DNA of 32,000 bases from Trichodesmium erythraeum IMS101 (GCF_000014265.1 NC_008312.1:5700001-5732000), one strand, 5' to 3'. Positions 7,847 through 16,530 are shown, counted from the stretch's first letter. Program-made: numbers and translations. The notes: generated by a model from the letters alone, not told the origin.

Positions 7847-9430
7847 ATGACAGAAATAACAGATAAAATTATCGCTCAGAATAAAGTAGAACAATTTGTA
7901 AGTCGTTTTGAAGATTCCTATTTCTTATTAGCTTCCCATGTCGCTTTACCTCTAGTATTAACTCCAGAATTAGTCAATTATCTCAGAATTGAATTTCTCA
8001 AAAGTGAAAAAGTTCCTTGGATTTCTGAAGCTGATTTATTGTTATCTAATTTGTGTCGTCCAGTTGGTTATGAACTTTATGTAATGGATGAAGGAGTAAG
8101 AATTTATTTACTCCAAAAATTAGCAGAAAACCCAAAGTTTGGTCAGAAAAGAATTAAAGAAATTGCCCGTTTATTACTGAGCTATATTAAATATTTAGCT
8201 AAAACTAATCATTTTATTGGAGACAAAGAACTACAACTTCAGACATGGGGTGCAATGTTGTATTTAGATACAGAGAAAACTGTCAAGGAAATAGCTTTTG
8301 CTATCTCTCAATGTATAGATAAAGCAGAGTTAGCTCGTTTACTAAAAATTACCCAAGATTTTAAACAACAAATAGCTTCATCAGGACAATTTCAAGACTT
8401 TTTAGACTATGCTCAACTTTGTAATGAATTACTTAGAGAACCTGAAAAAGTAACCCTAGAAAAAATAACACATTCATACCAGGTCGCAAAGCTTGAATTA
8501 ACTATACCAAAAATAGTTTTATCAAAAGAATTAGATCTAGGGGAATTATTTTATTTTGAAGTTGTAAAAGTTGATAATTTTGGCAATATTATTGAGCGTA
8601 GTCAGGAAAGCGCTAGGCAGAAAATAGAATATTTGGGTAATGAAATTAAATTGGAAATGGTTTATATTCCTGGGGGTACTTTTACCATGGGTTCTCCTAA
8701 AAGTGAAGTGGATAGCAGAGATAATGAACGGCCCCAACATCAGGTAACTGTTCCTTCCTTTTTTATGGGCAAATATCCAGTAACTCAAGGACAGTGGAAA
8801 GCGATCGCCTCTCGAACAGAATTAAAAGTAGAACGAGACCTAGACCCAGAGCCATCATATTTTAAAGAACCATACGAAAGTATAGATAGATGGCAGAGAC
8901 CAGTGGAGCTGGTTAGTTGGAACCAAGCAGTAGAATTTTGTCAAAGACTATCAAAACTAACAGGAAGAAAGTACAGGTTACCCAGTGAAGCCGAATGGGA
9001 ATATGCTTGTCGTGCAGGAACGAGTACACCATTCTACTTTGGAGAAACCATAACATCTGAGTTAGCTAACTATGATGGCAACCATACTTACGGCAAAGGG
9101 CCAAAAGGAGAAAATAGAGAGCAAACAACTCCTGTAGGTAAATTTCCACCAAATGCTTTTGGTTTATATGATATGCACGGAAACGTTGATGAATGGTGTG
9201 CTGACGACTGGTATGATAATTATGTAGGAGCTCCTACAGATGGAAGTGCTAGGATTAATAGTAATAAAAATAGTAATACTAATAGTACAAAAGTATTTCG
9301 TGGCGGCTCCTGGATCTACTATCCTTGGTGGTGTCGCTCTGCGCTCCGCGGCAACTTTAACTCGGACGAGGCGGACAGCATCTCTTTTGGTTTTCGTCTT
9401 GTGAGTTTCCCCCCCAGGACTTTTGAATAG
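7847..9430 (+). CDS. N-terminal helical domain of unknown function fused to a formylglycine-generating-enzyme/sulfatase-modifying (FGE-sulfatase, FGS) domain
   Basis: From about residue 260: MVYIPGGTFTMGSP, ERPQHQVTVPSFFMGKYPVTQGQW, VSWNQAVEFCQRLS, YRLPSEAEWEYACRAGT, FGLYDMHGNVDEWC, RGGSW...FGFRLV. These are the canonical FGE-sulfatase motifs. The start is 7 nt after the vWA stop. Confidence 0.9.
   Translation: MTEITDKIIAQNKVEQFVSRFEDSYFLLASHVALPLVLTPELVNYLRIEFLKSEKVPWISEADLLLSNLCRPVGYELYVMDEGVRIYLLQKLAENPKFGQKRIKEIARLLLSYIKYLAKTNHFIGDKELQLQTWGAMLYLDTEKTVKEIAFAISQCIDKAELARLLKITQDFKQQIASSGQFQDFLDYAQLCNELLREPEKVTLEKITHSYQVAKLELTIPKIVLSKELDLGELFYFEVVKVDNFGNIIERSQESARQKIEYLGNEIKLEMVYIPGGTFTMGSPKSEVDSRDNERPQHQVTVPSFFMGKYPVTQGQWKAIASRTELKVERDLDPEPSYFKEPYESIDRWQRPVELVSWNQAVEFCQRLSKLTGRKYRLPSEAEWEYACRAGTSTPFYFGETITSELANYDGNHTYGKGPKGENREQTTPVGKFPPNAFGLYDMHGNVDEWCADDWYDNYVGAPTDGSARINSNKNSNTNSTKVFRGGSWIYYPWWCRSALRGNFNSDEADSISFGFRLVSFPPRTFE
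9299..9400 (+). other. Candidate DGR variable region (VR) at the 3' end of the FGS gene
   Basis: By my count there are 12 A in 102 nt and about 57% GC, in a locus that is about one-third GC. The protein reads GGSW-IYYPWW-CRSA-L-R-GNFNSDEADSIS-FGFR. That is the conserved scaffold of CLec/FGE-fold DGR targets, with idiosyncratic residues where template-repeat Asn codons usually sit. No cognate TR or RT is in the window. Confidence 0.45.
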
Positions 9431-9464
9431 CCCTTTGCCCTCTTGCCCTCTTGCCCTATTTAGT

Positions 9465-9491
9465 CTCGCCTTTGGCGAGCCGAATTTTTTT
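9465..9491 (+). terminator. GC hairpin plus T-run: operon terminator and/or DGR-associated hairpin
   Basis: CTCGCC (9465-9470), TTT loop, GGCGAG (9474-9479), then CCGAATTTTTTT. It lies 35 nt after the FGS stop codon. Confidence 0.5.
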
Positions 9492-10363
9492 GAGAAATTA
9501 TCAAATGGCCACCAAATCAATAGATTTAATAGATATAACAATAGAAAAAAGCTCAGAACACTAAATTATGCAAAATTTTGTTTAAAAGCCGAAATTAATG
9601 ACTTAAACTGTGCTTCGACTGGTATCATAAATATGAAGCTTAGGCTCAAAAACCTAAAATTTAGGGCAGGAAGAAAATTCCCAGAAAATTTATCCTCTTA
9701 TCCCGTAATTAAATAAAGACACCCAGGTTTAAACCCGTAGTCAAAGTCTGGAATGCTAGTGTCTACTTGCAAAAAATAGTAGTATTATTTTTAGGTTGAA
9801 TTTCCTTAAGTTCAAGTTTTTTGTTTTACCTTAGCAAGCATATTAATTTATACAACTAGATAATAGTGTTGCTTCTCAGGAAAATTTCTGAATACTTGAT
9901 TATCTCTTACTAACGAATTTTTGTTGAATAAAAAGTCATGTATATAGGCAAGTTTCTCCATCTAATCTTATAATATCACAAAAAAAAATCTGAGAAGGGG
10001 AGGAAAGATTTTGCGCCGCGTCGCTTTTTCGGAGCTCCAGAAAATGAAATAAAAGTTGGCGATTTTCTACTGAGGAAGAATAAATGGAAAAATTCGACTA
10101 TGGGAAAAAAATAGAGGGGTGCTTCACAGAATGAGTTAAATAAATTAGTCTTACTTTTGGGAAAATTATTAAATGCTTGATTCTATTTTCCTAAAAAAAA
10201 GAGTTGAATAAAAAGTCATGTATATAGGCAAGTTTCTCCATCTAATCTTATAATATCACAAAAAAAATCTGAGAAGGGGAGGAAAGATTTTGCGCCGCGC
10301 CTCTTTTTCGGAGCTTCAGAAAATGAAAAAAAAAGTTGTTGATTTTCTACTGAGGAAGAATAA

Positions 10364-10459
10364 ATGGAAAAGTTCGGCGGTGGGAAAGAATATTGGAGTG
10401 CTTCACAGAATGAGTTAAATGAATTAGTCTTGCTTTTGGGAAAATTATTAAATCCTTGA
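10364..10459 (+). CDS. Array-encoded small ORF, 31 aa (MEKFGGGKEYWSASQNELNELVLLLGKLLNP)
   Basis: GAGGAAG lies 5 nt upstream of the ATG. The frame is shared with units 3, 4, 6 and 7. Coding status is unproven. Confidence 0.3.
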   Translation: MEKFGGGKEYWSASQNELNELVLLLGKLLNP

Positions 10460-10642
10460 TTGTATTTTCCTGAAAAAAAAGAGCTGAATAAAAAGTCATG
10501 TATATAGGCAAGCTTCTCCATCTAATCTTATAATATCACAAAAAAAATCTGAGAAGGGGAGAAAAATTTCTGCGCCGCGCCGTTTTTTCGGAGCCCCAGA
10601 AGATGAAATAAAAGTTGGCGATTTTCTACTAAGGAAGAATAA

Positions 10643-10747
10643 ATGGAAAATTTCCGCGATGGGAAAGAATATTGGAGTGCTTCAGAACATGAGCTAAATG
10701 AGTTAAATGAATTAGCCTTGCTTTTGGGAAAATTATTAAATCCTTGA
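10643..10747 (+). CDS. Array-encoded small ORF, 34 aa (MENFRDGKEYWSASEHELNELNELALLLGKLLNP)
   Basis: AAGGAAG lies 5 nt upstream of the ATG. It differs from the 31-aa form by an in-frame 12-nt indel. Confidence 0.3.
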   Translation: MENFRDGKEYWSASEHELNELNELALLLGKLLNP

Positions 10748-10930
10748 TTGTATTTTCCTGAAAAAAAAGAGTTGAATAAAAAGTCATGTATATAGGCAAG
10801 CTTTTCCATCTAATCTTATAATATCACAAAAAAAATCTGAGAAGGGGAGAAAAATTTCTGCGCCGCGCCGCTTTTTTGGAGCCTCAGAAGATGAAATAAA
10901 AGTTGGTGATTTTCTACTAAGGAAGAATAA

Positions 10931-11035
10931 ATGGAAAAATTCGGCGATGGGAAAGAATATTGGAGTGCTTCAGAACATGAGCTAAATGAGTTAAATGAAT
11001 TAGCCTTGCTTTTGGGAAAATTATTAAATGCTTGA
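10931..11035 (+). CDS. Array-encoded small ORF, 34 aa (MEKFGDGKEYWSASEHELNELNELALLLGKLLNA)
   Basis: AAGGAAG lies 5 nt upstream of the ATG. The frame is intact. Confidence 0.3.
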   Translation: MEKFGDGKEYWSASEHELNELNELALLLGKLLNA

Positions 11036-11510
11036 TTGTATTTTCCTGAAAAAAAAGAGTTGAATAAAAAGTCATATATATAGGCAAGCTTCTCCATCTA
11101 ATCTTATAATATCACAAAAAAAATCTGAGAAGGGGAGAAAAATTTCTGCGCCGCGCCTCTTTTTCGGAGCTCCATAAGATGAAATAAAAGTTGGTGATTT
11201 TCCGCTGAGGAAGAATAAATGGAAAAATTCGGCGAAGGGAAAGAATAGCGGAGTGCTTTACAGGATGAGTTAAATGATCTGAATGAGCTAAATAAATTAG
11301 TCTTGCTTTTGGGAAAATTATTAAATCCTTGATTGTATTTTCCTAAAAAAAAAGAGTTGAATAAAAAGTCATATATATAGGCAGGCTTCTCCATCTAATA
11401 AGATCACAAAAAAAATCTGAGAAGGGGAGGAAAGATTTTGCGCCGCGCCGCTTTTTCGGAGCCTCAGAAGATGAAATAAAAGTTGGTGATTTTCTACTAA
11501 GGAAGAATAA

Positions 11511-11615
11511 ATGGAAAAATTCGGCGATGGGAAAGAATATTGGAGTGCTTCAGAACATGAGCTAAATGATCTAAATGAATTAGCCTTGCTTTTGGGAAAA
11601 TTATTAAATGCTTGA
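11511..11615 (+). CDS. Array-encoded small ORF, 34 aa (MEKFGDGKEYWSASEHELNDLNELALLLGKLLNA)
   Basis: AAGGAAG lies 5 nt upstream of the ATG. The frame is intact. The TATAAT box of this unit is deleted (CTAATAAGATCAC). Confidence 0.3.
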   Translation: MEKFGDGKEYWSASEHELNDLNELALLLGKLLNA

Positions 11616-11798
11616 TTGTATTTTCCTAAAAAAAAAGAGTTGAATAAAAAGTCATATATATAGGCAAGTTTCTCCATCTAATCTTATAATATCACAAAAA
11701 AAATCTGAGAAGGGGAGAAAAATTTCTGCGCCGCGCCTCTTTTTCGGAGCTCCAGAAAATGAAAAAAAAGTTGGTGATTTTCTACTAAAGAAGAATAA

Positions 11799-11894
11799 AT
11801 GGAAAATTTCGGCGATGGGAAAGGATATTGGAGTGCTTCACAAAATGAGTTAAATGAATTAGTCTTGCTTTTGGGAAAATTATTAAATGCTTGA
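11799..11894 (+). CDS. Array-encoded small ORF, 31 aa (MENFGDGKGYWSASQNELNELVLLLGKLLNA)
   Basis: A weaker AAGAAG lies 5 nt upstream of the ATG. The frame is intact. Confidence 0.25.
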   Translation: MENFGDGKGYWSASQNELNELVLLLGKLLNA

Positions 11895-12912
11895 TTATAT
11901 TTTCCTAAAAAAAAGAGTTGAATAAAAAGTCATACATATAGGCAAGGTTCCACATCTAATCTTATAGTATCACAAAAAAATCTGAGGAGGGGAGGGAAAA
12001 TTTTGCGTCGCGTCGCTTTTTCAGAGCTCCAGAAAATGAAGCCAAAATGGTGATCTCCTCTGAGGAAGAATATGTGAGAGAGAATAGCGGAGTGCTTCAC
12101 AGGATAAGCCAAATGAATTAGTCTTGCTTTTGGGAAAACTATTAAATCCTTGATTGTATTTTCCTAAAAAAAAGAGTTGAATAAAAAGTCATGTATATAG
12201 GCAAGCTTCCTATTTAATCTTATATTATCACAAAAAATCTGAGAAGGGGAGGAAAGATTTTTCGACGCGCTACTTTCCCGGAGCTCCAGAGAATGAAATA
12301 AAATGGTTTGTGACTTTTCACTAAAGAAGAATAAATGAAAAAATTCGACTATGGGAAAAAAATAGAGGGGTGCTTCACAGAATGAGTTAAATAAATTAGT
12401 CTTACTTTTGGGAAAATTATTAAATGCTTGATTCTATTTTCCTAAAAAAAAGAGTTGAATAAAAAGTCATGTATATAGGCAAGCTTTCCATCTAACCTTA
12501 TAATATCACAAAAAAATCTGAGAAGAGGAGGAAAGACTTTGCGCCGCGCCTCTTTTTCGGAGCCACAGAAGATGAAATAAAAGTTGATGATTTTCTACTA
12601 AGGAAGAATAAATGGAAAATTCGACCATGGGAAAGAATAGCTAAGTGCTTCACAGAATGAGCCAAAAGAATGGGAAAATTATTAAATCCTTGATTGTATT
12701 TTCCTAAAAAAAAGAGTTGAATAAAAAGTCATGTATATAGGCAATATTCCCCATCTAATCTTATATTATCATAAAAAATCTGAAAATGGAAGGGAAATTT
12801 CTGTAGCGCGCCGCTTTTTTTTTTGGAGCTTCAGAGAATGAAAAAAAATCATTTGTGACTTTTCATTAAAGAGGAATAGATAGAAAAATTCGACTATAAT
12901 TCTCCCCTTAAT

Positions 12913-13839
12913 TTAAGATATTTTTGAACTAAATAATATCGGTTTTACAGGAGTAATATTATCTGCTAAAAATTCCATATCTTCTAACTTGCCATCACAA
13001 TATAATGCTAAATCGCAACCTGCTTTTAATGAGCGATTAACTTTCGTAACTAAATCTCCTGATAAAGCCTTCATAGTTAAGTCATCAGTAACTAATATAC
13101 CTTCAAAACCAATTTGCTTACGGATAATTTCTTGTATAATAGTAGGTGAAACAGTAGCACAATTTTCAGAATCAATAGCAGTATAAATAACATGAGCGCT
13201 CATGGCCCAAGTAACAGATTTTGCTAAAGCTTTAAAAGGTAAAAAATCACATTCAGATAATTCTTTTAGAGAAGTTTCAACCACTGGTAAAGCTTTATGA
13301 CTATCTACTAAAGCACGACCATGACCGGGGATGTGTTTAATTACAGGCATAACTCCTTCCTCTTGAAAACCTTCAATAACAGCTTTAGCCATTGTGATAA
13401 TTTCTGAAGGTGAATTACTATAAGCTCTTGTACCAATTACTAGATCCGCTTCAGGTATAGGACAATCAAGTACAGGAGAACAATTAACATTAATACCAAT
13501 GTTTTGTAAATCTTGAGCTATGTGTTTAGCATCTATTTTTGCTCTATGTGCAGCATCATTAAGATCATTAATTTCTTGAAGATAAGAGGAAGCAGAAGGT
13601 GCAACCCACCAATGGGGAGGCTGTAAACGAGCAACTCGACCTCCTTCTTGATCAATTAAGATAGGAATGTCTTTTTGGTTAATACATTTTCTCAAAGTAT
13701 CAGTTAATTGTTTAACTTGAGTAGGGTGTTCACAGTTGCGTTGAAATAGAATAAAACCAGCAGGTTGAGAGCGAGTAAATAATTGTTTTTCAGCCTCAGA
13801 TAAAATTGTTCCAGCGAGTGAAAAAATTATAGGTAACAT
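12913..13839 (-). CDS. nagZ: Beta-N-acetylhexosaminidase (glycoside hydrolase family 3, NagZ)
   Basis: GH3 N-terminal domain motifs ILIDQEGGRVARL and KHIPGHGRALVDSH, followed by a GILVTDDL segment. Confidence 0.85.
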   Translation of the reverse strand: MLPIIFSLAGTILSEAEKQLFTRSQPAGFILFQRNCEHPTQVKQLTDTLRKCINQKDIPILIDQEGGRVARLQPPHWWVAPSASSYLQEINDLNDAAHRAKIDAKHIAQDLQNIGINVNCSPVLDCPIPEADLVIGTRAYSNSPSEIITMAKAVIEGFQEEGVMPVIKHIPGHGRALVDSHKALPVVETSLKELSECDFLPFKALAKSVTWAMSAHVIYTAIDSENCATVSPTIIQEIIRKQIGFEGILVTDDLTMKALSGDLVTKVNRSLKAGCDLALYCDGKLEDMEFLADNITPVKPILFSSKIS

Positions 13840-14302
13840 ATTTGTTTGAGAATTCGATATAAGAAAAGAGTGCTTGAAAAGTTTAAATTATCCCTTTAAT
13901 TTCCAAAATTCAACCTGAAAAGCTCCTAATTTTTTGATAATTTTAATCAAAGATTGATAGGTTTTTGTGTCATGTTTTAATAATCTATTAGTTATAGGTG
14001 CTAGTGGTTTAGGAAATTGGTAATATATTAGTAAGAAATATTTGATATTTTGTTGAAAATAAGTCTTACATATATCATCTTAGTGTAAATTTAGAATACG
14101 AAAAAATAAGAAACGTTCGACCATCAAAATATTTCCTTTTTCCGTCTTATTATGATCATATTAGGATCAAGATTTTAGTACATCAAATACTGAATCTTTT
14201 GAAGGATTATTAAATGGATGATTTCTATCCTTCAGTTTTCAGAAGGTAGATGAACAAAATAACTACTTTTTTAGTGCTACCAAAAACCAAAAAATATAAA
14301 AA

Positions 14303-15343
14303 TTATTGCTTGCTCCCAGTAAATTTATTATCTAAGCTTTTAACTGATTCAATCAGCGATCGCACAGTTTCAGTTCCTTGAGAAGGTTCAAAAATCAAAG
14401 GAAACTTACCTTTAGCCAACATCCTTAATCCTAAAGGGCCCAAACTATATAAACCTTTAAGATCTCGAAAATAATTACCCACTACTTGAATACCAAATTT
14501 TCTTTCATCAATCCAACCTCCATTCTTAACCAAATCAATTAAAACTTTTCGGTGGCGAATAGAACGACTAGCTTGTTGATCTTTACGAGCCAGAACCTCC
14601 TGCTTAATCTTACCTATTTGATCCATAGGTGAAACTTCCATGGGGCAGACAGAATTACAATAATAACAACGAGTACAGCCCCAAACTCCAGCAGTATCAA
14701 GATTATATTTTTCTAATCTTTCTGTTGTTTGGTTGTCCCGTGAATCAGCTATCATCCTATAAGCTTTCCCTAAGGCGTGTGGCCCTACAAAATCTGGATT
14801 TACTTCACGAGCATTACATTCAGAATAACAAGCCCCACAGAGAATACAATTACCTGTTTGATTGAGTTTATCCCGTTCACTAGGAGTCTGTAAAAATTCC
14901 CGTTCTGGAATCTTTCGTGCTTCTGTACTTACATAAGGTTGAACCGCTTCTAGATTTTGCCAAAAGCTGTTCATATCTACAATCAAATCTTTAATTACTG
15001 GCATATTTCCCATAGGAGAAATAGTGATTTCTGGAATAGATTTTACAGTAGTATTGGTGACATAATCATGATGATTGTTAGTTGCTATTTTTTCGAGTCT
15101 AGCTAATTCATTTCTAATATTTTCTTTGCAAGCTAAAGCTGAACGACCGTTGATTCGCATTGCACAACTACCACAAATAGTATTTCGGCAGTTTTTCCTA
15201 AAAGCTAAACTTCCATCTTGCTCCCACTTAATCCGGTTTAGGCATTCTAAAATTGTATTGCCTGGTTCAATTTCTAGGGTGTAACTTTGAATTTTTGGCT
15301 GAGTATTTTGATTTTGCCTAACAATATTAAAATTAACTTTCAT
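14303..15343 (-). CDS. sdhB: Succinate dehydrogenase/fumarate reductase iron-sulfur subunit
   Basis: 2Fe-2S cluster motif CRNTICGSCAMRINGRSALAC. 4Fe-4S/3Fe-4S motifs CILCGACYSEC and CTRCYYCNSVCP. It has a C-terminal extension of about 90 aa. Confidence 0.9.
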   Translation of the reverse strand: MKVNFNIVRQNQNTQPKIQSYTLEIEPGNTILECLNRIKWEQDGSLAFRKNCRNTICGSCAMRINGRSALACKENIRNELARLEKIATNNHHDYVTNTTVKSIPEITISPMGNMPVIKDLIVDMNSFWQNLEAVQPYVSTEARKIPEREFLQTPSERDKLNQTGNCILCGACYSECNAREVNPDFVGPHALGKAYRMIADSRDNQTTERLEKYNLDTAGVWGCTRCYYCNSVCPMEVSPMDQIGKIKQEVLARKDQQASRSIRHRKVLIDLVKNGGWIDERKFGIQVVGNYFRDLKGLYSLGPLGLRMLAKGKFPLIFEPSQGTETVRSLIESVKSLDNKFTGSKQ

Positions 15344-15556
15344 AAGTAATAATTTTACTGAAGTTTTCTATACTATCTAAGTTTTAGTTTAATTATCTTT
15401 ATTCTGCATTCTGTTAAAGTTTTTTCATAACTTATGCAAAAACTATATATATGAATTAAAGTTTTTGCCAATTATCTTTCATAAGTTAGGTTAATTAATC
15501 AGTTTTCAAGCAATATTAATCACTTGCTATATTTACTTTCTCCTAAAAAATGACTA

Positions 15557-15836
15557 TTTACAGCATATTTCGGGTCTATAAGGTACAAGATGAATACTGA
15601 AAATTATATAGCACAGGTATCTTGCTCACGTTAGTGTACCTTATCAGAATGTCAAGTTCTGTATATACCACTAGGAAATTAACAACAGTAATTTATAATA
15701 GAAAAACAGTAAATAAAACATTTATACAGCATATTTCGACCATATAACTGCAGGGTAAATATTGAAAATTATGTGTTGCAGGCATCTTGTCCGCCTGGGT
15801 GTACTTCATAACAAGGTCAAGCGCTGTATTTATAGC
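15557..15836. repeat. Two diverged ~115-nt direct repeats in the sdhB/RDD divergent intergenic region
   Basis: Copy 1 is about 15557-15670 and copy 2 about 15721-15836. Shared blocks are ACAGCATATTTCG, TGAAAATTAT, CAGG-ATCTTG, GTGTAC, GTCAAG and CTGTAT. Copy 1 contains a perfect 10-bp inverted repeat ATAAGGTACA (15578-15587) / TGTACCTTAT (15635-15644). Confidence 0.55.
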
Positions 15837-15996
15837 TGCATTTAAAAGGCACAAAGTCACAAGTCAGAAGGCGCAAAGTTAAATTTGTAGCAAGGACTAA
15901 ATTTGAGAAGTGGGAGATTCTCTTGATAAGTGACATGGTAACTGTTGTAAATATTGCTAAAAAGACAAAATAATTGAAGCAGATAAATATAACATA

Positions 15997-16530
15997 ATGA
16001 GAGACTATATTGTACCCCAATTGCCAAAAGCTCCTCTATCTCGTCGTGCACTAGCATTCAGTATAGATGCAGGAATAGTTTGGTTCCTTAGTGCCATTAT
16101 TAGTAATAATTGGTTCACATTTATTTTATTTTTTGTGGTATTTTGGATAGCTATACGAGTTGTAATGGTCTACAAAAATCAAGGTCAGAGCATCGGCCAT
16201 TTTGCTCTGGATATGAAAGTTTTAGATAGTAAGTACCAAAGAGCTCCTGATATCCTAGAATTATCAAAGCGAGAAGGAATTTTAGCACTAGCTGGATCAT
16301 TAGCAATGCTAGGCATGAGTAATTTGACATCTGGAAATGCTGCTGTTTTACTACTAATAATGCCCTTGTTTTTAGATTTTACAGTAGCTTTGGTAGATAT
16401 TGAAAGGTATCAGCAAGCTTTCCATGACAGAATATCTCATACGATAGTAGTGGGAACTATGCGTGGTTATTCCCTAGATATTAAGCTTAGATGGTTACTT
16501 GACGAAGCCAAGCGTTATATGATAAAATAA
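15997..16530 (+). CDS. RDD-family membrane protein
   Basis: LSRRALAFSIDA near the N-terminus, two to three hydrophobic helices, and a C-terminal HDRISHTIVV. This is the R...D...D signature arrangement. Confidence 0.7.
   Translation: MRDYIVPQLPKAPLSRRALAFSIDAGIVWFLSAIISNNWFTFILFFVVFWIAIRVVMVYKNQGQSIGHFALDMKVLDSKYQRAPDILELSKREGILALAGSLAMLGMSNLTSGNAAVLLLIMPLFLDFTVALVDIERYQQAFHDRISHTIVVGTMRGYSLDIKLRWLLDEAKRYMIK

Larger units (their letters stand above)
9923..12895 (+). repeat. Tandem array of 11 units (10 full, 1 truncated), period 259-297 bp
   Basis: The unit anchor GTTGAATAAAAAGTCAT recurs (with minor variants, e.g. GCTG at 10483) at 9923, 10203, 10483, 10771, 11059, 11356, 11639, 11917, 12176, 12454 and 12716. 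Each unit has a CTTATAATATCAC box, a GAGAAGGGGAG purine block, a GCGCCGCGCC island and a small ORF. Confidence 0.95.

Noticed and set aside
9164-9716. ORFs 9164..9541 (minus) and 9423..9716 (plus) around the end of the FGS gene
   Set aside because: The minus ORF is antisense to the GC-rich, stop-poor 3' end of a well-supported gene. The plus ORF starts inside the stop/terminator region, has no RBS and has a low-complexity product with no recognisable motif.
10216-11677. A chain of minus-strand ORFs of 93-102 aa (10216..10521, 10528..10809, 10816..11097, 11104..11394, 11369..11677), each filling almost one repeat unit of the tandem array
   Set aside because: The products are low-complexity F/S/N-rich translations of T-rich DNA. 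No Shine-Dalgarno precedes the ATG (TATTATAAGATTAGATG). Nearly every nucleotide difference between units changes an amino acid. The ORFs are lost in units that keep the plus-strand small ORF. Their persistence is explained by the copying of one chance ORF. I cannot fully exclude coding without Ribo-seq data.
9923-12895. Possible CRISPR array (regular direct repeats)
   Set aside because: The units are about 280 bp and contiguous, with no unique spacers between them. CRISPR repeats are 25-40 bp and separated by unique spacers. The same reasoning excludes the 266-bp cassettes at 3553-4800.
15817-16057. Minus-strand ORFs 15817..16020 and 15857..16057, upstream of the RDD gene
   Set aside because: They overlap the intergenic repeat and promoter region and the start of the RDD gene. 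Their products are AT-biased hydrophobic sequences with no RBS or motif.
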